Assembly (NCBI GenBank): GCA_041742355.1
Contig: JBGSIV010000228.1
Coordinates: forward strand, 1-36,375
Direction: 5' to 3'
Origin: Candidatus Zixiibacteriota bacterium
GTDB lineage: Bacteria > Zixibacteria > MSB-5A5 > GN15 > FEB-12
DNA: 36,375 bases
The notes under the pieces were generated by a model, which worked only from the letters and a program-made list of their open reading frames with translations, had not been told where the DNA came from and made no database searches. Positions within the stretch are counted from its first letter, which is position 1; each line of letters opens with the position of its first letter. The translations under genes were made by a program, and so were the position numbers. Shown here one piece after another: positions 1-8,176 of the stretch.

Positions 1-595
1 CCCCGAGAATAATCTCGAGCGAAAAGATTACCCCCGCGATCGGCGCGTTGAACACCGAGGAAATTCCGGCCGCCGCCCCGCACCCGACCAGGATCTTTAC
101 CCGGTCGCCGGACATGCGGAAGAGCTGCCCTATCGATGACCCGATCGCCGAGCCGATCTGCACAATCGGCCCCTCGCGCCCGGCCGATCCCCCCGAGCCG
201 ATACAGATCGCCGACGCTATCGTTTTCGCCGCCGCCACCCGCGGTCGGATAATCCCGCCGAGCCGCGCCACCGCGTTCATCACCTCCGGCACGCCGTGCC
301 CTTTCGCCTCGTACGCGAACTTGAACACGATCGGCCCGACAATCAATCCCCCGAGCGCGGGAATCACCGGAAACCACCACTTGAATTCGAAATGCCCCAG
401 CATCTGGCCAAGGCTCTCCGCGAGCATCTGGTCGGTCAGGCCGAAAAACACGTGGTTGGCTGTCCGGATCAGAAATCCGAAAAGAAGCGCGCCGCCCGCG
501 GTCGCCAACCCCACGAACACTGCCAGGGTGAGAATCACCTGTGTCGGCGACTGCGTAAACCGGTTCCACATCCGTTGTGCCATCGTTGGAATCAT
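1..595 (-). CDS. ClC-family chloride channel / Cl-/H+ antiporter (3' part runs off the window)
   Basis: Manual minus-strand translation from the ATG at 595 gives MIPTMAQRMW..., hydrophobic helices, AKGHGVPEVM and GSGGSAGREGPIVQIG, which are ClC signature motifs. It is absent from the ORF track because its stop lies outside the window. Confidence 0.93.
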   Translation of the reverse strand, partial: MIPTMAQRMWNRFTQSPTQVILTLAVFVGLATAGGALLFGFLIRTANHVFFGLTDQMLAESLGQMLGHFEFKWWFPVIPALGGLIVGPIVFKFAYEAKGHGVPEVMNAVARLGGIIRPRVAAAKTIASAICIGSGGSAGREGPIVQIGSAIGSSIGQLFRMSGDRVKILVGCGAAAGISSVFNAPIAGVIFSLEIILG

Positions 596-754
596 ATGAG
601 CCGAATGTATCCGGATGCGGCGTAGATGCAAGAATAAATGTAGGAGTGAGCGAGTAACCCGCAGCTCTGCTGCGGGCAGCCCATACGGGCCCCCCTCCCC
701 CCCAATTCCCCCTTGCCCCCCCCCCGTTTTTCCGTAAACTTACCCCGAAACCCC

Positions 755-782
755 TTGACAAGGCATCGGGAACGAATACCTT
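755..782 (+). promoter_or_regulatory. Putative sigma70 promoter for the FAD oxidoreductase
   Basis: TTGACA-16nt-TACCTT ending 52 nt before the ATG at 835. A second candidate, TTGCCC-16-TAAACT, lies at 713-740. Confidence 0.5.
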
Positions 783-834
783 GTTAGTGAAAAATTTCAC
801 GAGTCCCTGAGTTGTTGCCTGTGAGGTAGACACC

Positions 835-1989
835 ATGCGTAGCCATGCCGACGCAGTCATCGTAGGAGGCGGAATTATCGGCCTTGCGGTCGCTTTTTAC
901 CTCTCCCGCGAAAAGTACGGCCAGATCATCGTCCTCGAAAAAGAACAGCTGCTGGGCACCGGCGCCACCGCCAAAGCAGCCGGCGGCATCCGCGCCCAGT
1001 TCTCCACCAAAATCAACATCCAGATGTCCATGCTCTCCGAGAAGCTCTTCTGCCGCTTCAAAGAGGACACCGGCTCCGACGCCCTCTTCGACCAGGTCGG
1101 CTACATGTTCCTCTGCCAGACCGACACCGAGGTCGCCGATTTCACCAGGGCCTACAACCTCCAGCGCTCCCTCGGCCTCAACGCCGTCCTGCTCAAACCC
1201 GAGGACATCGCGCAGTACGCCCCGCACATAGTGACCGACGACGTCAAAATGGCCACCTTCTGCAACGACGACGGCCTCGGCGACCCGCACGAGTTCCTCA
1301 CCGGCTACGAACACGCCGCACGCCGCAACGGCGTCGAGATCGCGTTCGAAACCGAGGTCACCGGCATTACGACCAACAGCGGCAAGGTCGCCTCGGTCAT
1401 GACCAACAACGGCAAAATCGATACCCCGCTGGTGATCAACTGCGCCGGCCCGTACGCCAAAGTCATCGCGAACATGGCCGGCGGCACCTGCCCGGTCGAA
1501 CCGATCCGCCGCCAGATTGTCACCACCGGCGAGCTCAGCTGGGTGCAGCCGTTCTTCCCGATGGTCGTCGATGTCAAGTCCGGCCTCTACTTCCACAAGG
1601 AATCCCGCGGGATGCTTTTCGGCTGGGCCCAGCCCGGCGTGCAGCCCAATTTCGATATCTCGGTCGACCCCGACTACACCGACCAGATCCTCGAGCGCGT
1701 TATGCTGCGCGTGAAGGAAGAACTCCTCGAGGAGATCGAGGTCGCCAACCAGTGGGCCGGCCTCTATGAGACCACGCCCGACCACCACGCGGTGATCTGC
1801 TATGACCCGAAAGTCGGTGGCATGTTCCACTGCACCGGCTTCTCCGGCCACGGCTTCATGCACGCCCCGGCCGCCGGCCTCGTCACGGCCGAGTCAATCG
1901 TCGGCAAACCGACCTCGATCGACATCACGCCCCTCTCGCTCGATCGGTTCGCCGCCGGTGTCGCGGTCGAGGAGACCAACGTCATCTGA
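835..1989 (+). CDS. FAD-dependent oxidoreductase, DAO / glycine oxidase / sarcosine oxidase beta-like family
   Basis: N-terminal VIVGGGIIG Rossmann motif, GATAKAAGGIRAQF, WAGLYETTPDH and GFSGHGFM; RBS GAGG upstream. Confidence 0.9.
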   Translation: MRSHADAVIVGGGIIGLAVAFYLSREKYGQIIVLEKEQLLGTGATAKAAGGIRAQFSTKINIQMSMLSEKLFCRFKEDTGSDALFDQVGYMFLCQTDTEVADFTRAYNLQRSLGLNAVLLKPEDIAQYAPHIVTDDVKMATFCNDDGLGDPHEFLTGYEHAARRNGVEIAFETEVTGITTNSGKVASVMTNNGKIDTPLVINCAGPYAKVIANMAGGTCPVEPIRRQIVTTGELSWVQPFFPMVVDVKSGLYFHKESRGMLFGWAQPGVQPNFDISVDPDYTDQILERVMLRVKEELLEEIEVANQWAGLYETTPDHHAVICYDPKVGGMFHCTGFSGHGFMHAPAAGLVTAESIVGKPTSIDITPLSLDRFAAGVAVEETNVI

Positions 1990-2064
1990 TGGATAGACGT
2001 CATCTGATAGTTAAAGTCACCAGATAGATAAACGTCGACGCTGATAAACGTCAACCTGATTGAT
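1978..2064. repeat. Degenerate ~17-18 nt tandem repeat (about 5 units, core ACGTCATCTGAT) beginning in the last codons of the oxidoreductase gene
   Basis: aacgtcatctgatggata / gacgtcatctgatagtta / aagtcaccagatagata / aacgtcgacgctgata / aacgtcaacctgat. Confidence 0.6.
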
Positions 2065-2068
2065 CAAT

Positions 2069-2258
2069 GTAGGGCAGGAGCCCCCAGGCTCCTGCCACGG
2101 ACTTCGTTGGGCTCTTAGACGATGTGACTATAGACAATGTCATCCCGGCGAAAGCCGGGATCCAGTCTTTGTCTTTCGTAGGTCAGGCTCCTTGGAGCCT
2201 GACATTGACCCAACGCCAACCTTGGCGAATGTCATCCCGGCGAAAGCCGGGATCCAGT
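2069..2258. repeat. REP-like hairpin mosaic
   Basis: GTAG hairpins at 2069-2096 and 2178-2203; identical GTCATCCCGGCGAAAGCCGGGATCCAGT at 2139-2166 and 2231-2258. Confidence 0.85.
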
Positions 2259-2309
2259 CTTTCTCGTGAGAAACATTTATCGAACGTAACTCATATCCGG
2301 GAAGACCAC

Positions 2310-3053
2310 ATGAAAACTCTCCTCACCCTCATCACTCTTGTCGGACTCGCGTTCACCGCCGCGTTCGCGTCCGACCAGCCCGCCGCAACTGGGCAAACCT
2401 GCCCCGCCGACCGCGCCGCCGAGGCCGGCCACAATCCGTTCGGCGCGTTCCACGAAATCATGGCGCCCACCTGGCATCAGGCCTGGCCCGACTCCAACTT
2501 CGAGGCCCTCTTCGCCGCCGGCCCCAAATTCGTCGAGGCGTTCAAACCGATCGCTGAGATGAAGCCCGAGTTCAAGACCAAAGCCCGCGAGCAGGCCTTC
2601 ACCGACAAACGCCAGGTCTTCGCCCGCCTCGTGAACGCCTATGCCGAGGCCGCCGCCGCCGGCGACAAGGATCTCGTCTACAGCATCATGCCCGACCTGC
2701 ACGACGCCTTCGAGATGGCCGCCGCCACCCTCCTGCCGGTCGACTACCCGCAGTTCGAGGGTTTCGTCATCACGCTGAATCTGATTCTCGAAACGCACCT
2801 TCCGAAAAACAACACCGAGGGGATTGTCGGCTCGACCGAAACGCTCTTGGCGAAACTCCACGCCCTCACGCCCGAAACGATGCCGGTGGAGTTGCAGGAC
2901 AAGAAGGATGCTGTCGCCGCCGACATCGCCTTCATGCACGAGATCGTCGTGAAGATGAACGCCTGCTGCACGAACAACGACATGGCGACCTACACCGACC
3001 TCGCCAAATCCCTCGATGCCCAGGTGAAGCTCTTCATCGAGAAGTATATTTGA
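2310..3053 (+). CDS. Secreted alpha-helical hypothetical protein
   Basis: MKTLLTLITLVGLAFTAAFA signal peptide from the ATG at 2310, with host-like codon usage. The ORF-track extension to 2124 is translated REP sequence. Confidence 0.8.
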   Translation: MKTLLTLITLVGLAFTAAFASDQPAATGQTCPADRAAEAGHNPFGAFHEIMAPTWHQAWPDSNFEALFAAGPKFVEAFKPIAEMKPEFKTKAREQAFTDKRQVFARLVNAYAEAAAAGDKDLVYSIMPDLHDAFEMAAATLLPVDYPQFEGFVITLNLILETHLPKNNTEGIVGSTETLLAKLHALTPETMPVELQDKKDAVAADIAFMHEIVVKMNACCTNNDMATYTDLAKSLDAQVKLFIEKYI

Positions 3054-3057
3054 TGTA

Positions 3058-3296
3058 GTAGGTCGGGTTCCGAGGCGCTTCGCGCCGAGAAACCCGACTG
3101 ATGAAAGCAAGAAAGTAGGTCAGGCTCCTTGGAGCCTGACAGGATTCCAAACCGACTCCCAGATACTGTCATCCCGGGCAACGACCCGGGATCCAGTCTT
3201 TTCTTCTGTTCTGATGTGACATGCTGAAGCAGACAAGGCGGTCTTTCCCGGACCGCCTTTTTTATTTCAGGTCAAACACGGCTCTGCGTGTTTGAC
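3058..3296. repeat. REP-like hairpin mosaic
   Basis: GTAGGTCGGGTTCC..AAACCCGAC 3058-3098, GTAGGTCAGGCTCCTTGGAGCCTGAC 3115-3140, GTCATCCCGGGCAACGACCCGGGATCCAGT 3168-3197, and GGTCAAACACGGCTCTGCGTGTTTGAC 3270-3296. Confidence 0.85.
3235..3267 (+). terminator. Intrinsic terminator
   Basis: Stem AAGGCGGTC/GACCGCCTT followed by a T-run. Confidence 0.75.
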
Positions 3297-3672
3297 TGAG
3301 AAGCGAGTTTGCTTCGCTGCGCTCCCCACGATCATTCCTTTGCGACAGCGTAGGTCCATTCACTACACAAGTCAGCGGGAAAGCACTCTATCTTCCGCAG
3401 ATAGCAACCCTGCAATCCCTCCATAATCGTCCGCGGCTTTTTTCCCTTTTTTTGCTTGATTCTCCGAGTAATTTGACCATATTGAAGGTACAGACAGAAA
3501 CAGTGTCGAGCAGCTATCCCTCGTGTTTTTCGTTCACTAATCCGCTTTTGCTGTTCTTCGCATATTCGATATTCAAGGAGGTTTGCCTGCGTAATCGAAT
3601 CCCCGTACCCTGCCGCCGATAATCGTCAACCGCGGCCTGTCTTGCCGCATACTGCAACAAGGAGAAGAAACC

Positions 3673-4140
3673 ATGGTGCAGAACCACACCACCACCACGA
3701 CTCACATACACGAAATCCACAAATCCGATCAGTTCCCCTCCTGGCTTGGCCGCGGTCAACTCGCGACCTTTCTGCACGAAAGCCTCAAACCCTACGAAGA
3801 CTCAGTCCCCGATATCAATCGCGCTCTCGCGTATGCCATGGGAGAAAACGGTGCTGCCGGCGGCTTTATTCTCGTAGCCGAAATTGACAGACAGCCCGTA
3901 GGCGCGCTCGTCATGCTCCACACCGGCATGAGCGGCTACATTCCCGAGGATGTTCTCCTCTTTGTCGCTGTCGGCCCCTCCATGCGCGGCAAAGGGATCG
4001 GCCGCGTCATAATTGACCATGCCTTGAGCCTGTGCCCGGCCGGAGTGAAACTGCATGTCGAGTACGACAACCCGGCCAAACGCCTCTACGAACGCATCGG
4101 CTTCACCAGCAAGTACGCCGAAATGAGGTACAAGCCGTGA
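3673..4140 (+). CDS. GNAT-family N-acetyltransferase
   Basis: Acetyl-CoA motif A VAVGPSMRGKGIG and NPAKRLYERIGF; RBS AAGGAG. Confidence 0.92.
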   Translation: MVQNHTTTTTHIHEIHKSDQFPSWLGRGQLATFLHESLKPYEDSVPDINRALAYAMGENGAAGGFILVAEIDRQPVGALVMLHTGMSGYIPEDVLLFVAVGPSMRGKGIGRVIIDHALSLCPAGVKLHVEYDNPAKRLYERIGFTSKYAEMRYKP

Positions 4141-5321
4141 ATTGCGTTACCATCGACCTCGCGATGCTCCGCCATAACCTCGCCGTCATCAGCGGTTGGA
4201 TGAATTCGCACAATGCCTCCTGGACCGTGGTCACCAAAGTGCTCTGCGGCCACGCCGAGACGATCAACGCCCTCCAGCTCATGGGCGTCCGGTCCATCGG
4301 CGACTCCCGTCTTGAAAACATCCGCATCATCGAACGCATCGTCCCGGAGTTCGAGACATGGTACCTGCGCATCCCCGATCTCTCCTCGGTACCCCATGTC
4401 GCCGCCCTCTCCGATGTCAGTCTCAACAGTGAGCTCGGCACCATCCGGGCCCTGAACGACGAAGCCCGCGGCCGGAAGACGACCCACCGCATCGTTATCA
4501 TGATCGAACTCGGCGATCTTCGCGAGGGGATCCTTCCCGGCTCCCTGCTTCAGTTCTACGAAGATGTCCTCAGCCTCTCCAATATCCGCGTTCTCGGGAT
4601 CGGCGCCAATCTCGGCTGCCTCGCCGGCGTCGTACCGTCGATCGACCAGTTCACGCAGCTCGCGCTCTACCGGGAGCTGCTCGAACTCAAGTTCGGCTGC
4701 CGCCTTCCCATTATTTCCGCCGGATCTTCCGTCGTTCTGCCGCTGCTGCTAAACGGCGAACTTCCCGCGGCGATCAACCATTTCCGCATCGGCGAGGCGA
4801 TATTCCTCGGCACCGACCTCGTCAACGGGGGAACGCTCCCCGGCCTGCGCGATGACGCCATTCTGCTCGATGCGGAGATTGCGGAGATCAAGGAGAAGGG
4901 GCTCGTGCCAATGGGCGAAACCGCCGCCACTCAGCCCTTCCAGAGCGAGACCACTGCCGGGAACGATGATATCCCTCCCGGCGCCCGCGGTTATCGCGCC
5001 CTCATCACGATCGGTCAGCTGGATACCGACATCAGCGGCCTGACTCCGGTCAACCCCAGTTATTCGATAGCCGGCGCTTCCAGCGATGTCACGGTCGTGA
5101 ATCTCGGCGATGATCCCGATGGCCTGCATGTCGGCGACACTCTCACGTTTCGCGTCAACTACTCGGCCCTCCTCCGCCTCATGGGAAGTCGCTACATTTC
5201 CAAGCGCGTTACTCCCTCTATCAGAGAATTCTCCGATCAGTCCATCTCCCACGCGCCAAACCTGTTCCCCGTGCTTCCTGAAGGCGGCTGCCCAGCCTCT
5301 ACCTCCGACCCCGCCACCTGA
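4137..5321 (+). CDS. PLP-dependent alanine/ornithine racemase-family enzyme (fold type III, Orr-like)
   Basis: GTG start overlaps the GNAT stop (GTGA). Motifs: VVTKVLCGH (PLP Lys), DSRLEN, ELGDLREG, SAGSS, HFRIGEAIFLG and GASSD. Confidence 0.88.
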   Translation: MNCVTIDLAMLRHNLAVISGWMNSHNASWTVVTKVLCGHAETINALQLMGVRSIGDSRLENIRIIERIVPEFETWYLRIPDLSSVPHVAALSDVSLNSELGTIRALNDEARGRKTTHRIVIMIELGDLREGILPGSLLQFYEDVLSLSNIRVLGIGANLGCLAGVVPSIDQFTQLALYRELLELKFGCRLPIISAGSSVVLPLLLNGELPAAINHFRIGEAIFLGTDLVNGGTLPGLRDDAILLDAEIAEIKEKGLVPMGETAATQPFQSETTAGNDDIPPGARGYRALITIGQLDTDISGLTPVNPSYSIAGASSDVTVVNLGDDPDGLHVGDTLTFRVNYSALLRLMGSRYISKRVTPSIREFSDQSISHAPNLFPVLPEGGCPASTSDPAT

Positions 5322-5442
5322 CTTCATGTACGTCAGGAATCTCGTCGGCCGGCCCCCTCGCGGCCCTGACATTGGCCTAATCGAACGACCGGCCGGGTCG
5401 CCGACAGCTTGCTGCGGGTTCGACTGAAACGATCCTCTTCTT

Positions 5443-5674
5443 GTAGGTCAGGACCTTTATGGTCCTGACATTGACCCAACAATAACGATTGGAAATTGTC
5501 ATCCCGGGCGACGACCCGGGATCCATCCCCTCCCCCCCACAAAAAAACCGGCCTACAGCCGGCTTCCTCACCCATCGTCACCCTTCGACTTCGCTCAGGG
5601 TGACTCCTTACCGTCATGCTGAGCGGAGTCGAAGCATGACGGACCTGTGCGCGGCAGATGTCCTCATCTGCCGC
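5443..5674. repeat. REP-like hairpin mosaic between convergent genes
   Basis: GTAGGTCAGGACC..GGTCCTGAC 5443-5469, GTCATCCCGGGCGACGACCCGGGATCC 5498-5524, an inverted pair of GTCA(T/C)(G/C)CTGAGCG..GTCGAAG elements at 5577-5604 and 5613-5640, and GTGCGCGGCAGATGTCCTCATCTGCCGC 5647-5674. Confidence 0.85.
5541..5566 (-). terminator. Probable intrinsic terminator for the minus-strand HisKA gene
   Basis: A7 run then a CCGGC/GCCGG stem on the + strand. Confidence 0.5.
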
Positions 5675-5687
5675 ATGTCGCTCCTCC

Positions 5688-6464
5688 TTACTTCCCATCC
5701 TCCAGATCTATCATCTTCGTCCCGTTCGAATAATCCACCGACCGCGGCGAGGTCAACCGCATCAACTTCTGCGTCACATCCTTGATCTTCAGCGCCGACT
5801 CCTCGATTATCCGCAACTTCCCCTTCAACTCATCATCCAGATCATCCCGCTTGAGCAGCAGCAACTGCACATTGCCCAGTATCGCCGTCAGCGGATTGTT
5901 CACCTCATGATTCACCGTCACCGCCGTCTCGATCACCGCGCTCTTGCGCTCCTTCTCGACCGCATCCTTGACATTCGTCGCCTCGCGCTCCTTCGTCCCC
6001 GCCGCGTAGGTCAACGCCAACAGCGCGGTCAGCGTCTCCAGGAGCGTCTCCTCCGACACGATCGTCCTCGGCCCCTCCTGTATCCCTATCACCGCCCCGT
6101 AGGTCTTGCTCCCGTACTTCAGCGGCAGCGTGAATGCGTGCATCGGTGGCTCACCATCGAACGACATATACGCCGACACCAGTCGCTGTGTCCGACGTAA
6201 CTGGTCGAACAACTCCCGCTCGAGCTCATCCAGGTCTCTGCGGTAGTCGTCGCTCTTCGAGTGGGATACATTGATCGTGACGACATGATCCTCGTTCCAG
6301 ATCACCAGCGCCGCCGCGGTCAGCCCCACAAACTCCACCGTCAGGCTCAACCCCGCCTGGAACGCCGCCCGGGGATCGACTCCCCCGGCCGCCTCCAGCG
6401 CAAGGCTCCGGATTATCCCGAACCTGTCCAGTTTCTGACCGTCCTGCGGCTGATTCGCGTCCAT
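5688..6464 (-). CDS. GAF-like + histidine-kinase dimerisation/phosphoacceptor (HisKA) protein lacking an ATPase domain
   Basis: H-box TVNHEVNNPLTAILG; the protein ends about 60 aa later with no N/G1/F/G2 boxes. Start placed at ATG 6464 (MDANQPQ). Confidence 0.78.
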   Translation of the reverse strand: MDANQPQDGQKLDRFGIIRSLALEAAGGVDPRAAFQAGLSLTVEFVGLTAAALVIWNEDHVVTINVSHSKSDDYRRDLDELERELFDQLRRTQRLVSAYMSFDGEPPMHAFTLPLKYGSKTYGAVIGIQEGPRTIVSEETLLETLTALLALTYAAGTKEREATNVKDAVEKERKSAVIETAVTVNHEVNNPLTAILGNVQLLLLKRDDLDDELKGKLRIIEESALKIKDVTQKLMRLTSPRSVDYSNGTKMIDLEDGK

Positions 6465-6665
6465 TACTGCCTGATCGAGCAAATGCGGTGCCCTGTGGAA
6501 CAAGACCTCCGCGGTGGGTGGTAACTGTGAAGTACAACCGAACATACAGTATTTTCAACCCCTTAGCCACCATTTTTCACCTGCCGCTATCTGTCGCGCC
6601 CCCCGGGGTGTACAACTAGTCTCTGCACCCGAATTCACATATGCAAATATTCGTGGTGCCGGACG

Positions 6666-6694
6666 TTGACTTTTGACCCTCAACACGATAGATT
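6666..6694 (+). promoter_or_regulatory. Putative sigma70 promoter of purF
   Basis: TTGACT-17nt-TAGATT; RBS AAGGAG before ATG 6727. Confidence 0.6.
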
Positions 6695-6726
6695 GAGGGC
6701 TTTTCCGGGGTCAAGGAGTTAACAGC

Positions 6727-8154
6727 ATGGTGGAAAACGCGATACACGATCATTGCGGCGTCTTCGGCATTTTCGGCCACTCCAAGGCCGCCGAACTGAC
6801 CTACCTGGGCCTCTACGCCCTCCAGCACCGGGGACAGGAATCCGCCGGCATCGTTACCGCCAACAACGGCGCCATCCACTACCACAAAGGCATGGGCCTC
6901 GTCTCCGAGGTCTTCGCCAACGAAGCCGTGCTCAAATCCCTCACCGGCAACCGCGCCATCGGCCACACCCGCTACTCCACCACCGGCGCCTCGTCGCTCA
7001 TAAACATCCAGCCGTTTCTGATCACCAACCGCAGCCGCTATCTCGCGGTCGCCCACAACGGCAACCTGACCAACTCCACCGAACTGCGCTCCAAGCTCGA
7101 CGACGCCGGCTCGATTTTCCAGACCACCTCCGACACCGAAATCATCCTGCACCTCGCCGCCAAATCGCGCAAGAAAACCCGCGTCGAGCAGATCTGCGAC
7201 GCCCTCCTGAAAGTCAAGGGCGCCTACTCCTGCGTCTTCCTCACCGAGGAACACCTCATCGCCGCCCGCGATCCGTTCGGCTTCCGCCCGCTTGCGCTCG
7301 GACGGATCCGCAACTCGTGGGTCGTCGCCAGCGAAACCTGCGCCTTCGACCTCATCGGCGCGAAATACGAGCGCGACATCGAACCGGGCGAGGTCCTCGA
7401 AATCGGCGCCGGCGGCCTGAAATCGACCTTCCCCTTCAAAAAACAGCCCAGCGCCCTGTGCGTCTTCGAATACATCTACTTCTCCCGCCCCGACTCCAAG
7501 ATCTTCGGCGAGAATGTCGACAAGGTCCGACGTCGCCTCGGACGGCGCCTGGCGCAGGAGCACCCGGTCGACGCCGACATCGTCATCTCGATTCCCGACT
7601 CCGCCAACACCGCCGCCCTCGGGTATGCCGAGGAATCCGGCATCCGGTTCGAAATCGGCCTCATCCGCAACCACTATGTCGGACGGACCTTTATCGATCC
7701 CGGCCAGTCGATCCGCGATCTCGATGTCAAGGTGAAGTTCAATCCCGTGCGCGGGGTGCTTGAGGGGCGGCGTGTCGTGGTGGTCGATGATTCGATTGTG
7801 CGCGGCACGACCTCGAAGAAACTGGTGAAGATGATTCGTGATGCCGGCGCGAAGGAGATCCATTTCCGCGTGTCGTCGCCGCCGATTATCTCGCCGTGCT
7901 TTTTCGGGATTGATATGCCGACCCGAAAAGAGCTGATCGGCGCGAACATGACTGTCCCCGAGATCGAGAAGTATCTCGCGGTCGATTCCCTGCGCTACCT
8001 GAGCCTGGAAGGGATGCTCTCCCTCAAATCCCTTGGCGAGAAATCATTCTGCTCAAGCTGTTTCTCCGGCAAGTATCCTATGCCCGTCCCGAAGATCAAT
8101 GGGGATCGTAAGAATCGTTTCGATATCAAAGCCGCGAGTAGGTTTGAGGCGTAG
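6727..8154 (+). CDS. purF: Amidophosphoribosyltransferase
   Basis: Propeptide then CGVFG, LQHRGQESAG, GHTRYST, HNGNLTN, PRPP motif VVVVDDSIVRGTT, and Fe-S cysteines (PCFFGID, CSSC). Confidence 0.98.
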   Translation: MVENAIHDHCGVFGIFGHSKAAELTYLGLYALQHRGQESAGIVTANNGAIHYHKGMGLVSEVFANEAVLKSLTGNRAIGHTRYSTTGASSLINIQPFLITNRSRYLAVAHNGNLTNSTELRSKLDDAGSIFQTTSDTEIILHLAAKSRKKTRVEQICDALLKVKGAYSCVFLTEEHLIAARDPFGFRPLALGRIRNSWVVASETCAFDLIGAKYERDIEPGEVLEIGAGGLKSTFPFKKQPSALCVFEYIYFSRPDSKIFGENVDKVRRRLGRRLAQEHPVDADIVISIPDSANTAALGYAEESGIRFEIGLIRNHYVGRTFIDPGQSIRDLDVKVKFNPVRGVLEGRRVVVVDDSIVRGTTSKKLVKMIRDAGAKEIHFRVSSPPIISPCFFGIDMPTRKELIGANMTVPEIEKYLAVDSLRYLSLEGMLSLKSLGEKSFCSSCFSGKYPMPVPKINGDRKNRFDIKAASRFEA

Positions 8155-8176
8155 GGGGGTGCTATGCCCAGGCCTA

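Noticed and set aside
280..305. ClC selectivity motif reads GHGVP rather than GSGIP
   Set aside because: To my knowledge a common variant in bacterial ClC proteins; not the GNNLI fluoride-type motif.
784..1863. Long antisense or alternative-frame ORFs (also 6616-7863, 23524-24786, 26166-27560 and others)
   Set aside because: Shadow ORFs of well-supported genes, as expected in high-GC DNA.
2124..2309. N-terminal extension of the secreted protein
   Set aside because: It is translated REP sequence (VIPAKAGIQ); the signal peptide begins at 2310.
4032..4136. Longer racemase start from the ORF track
   Set aside because: It overlaps the GNAT gene by over 100 nt; GTG 4137 fits the family N-terminus.
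5380..5430. tRNA-like GGTTCGA motif
   Set aside because: No cloverleaf or acceptor stem; more likely a degenerate hairpin repeat.
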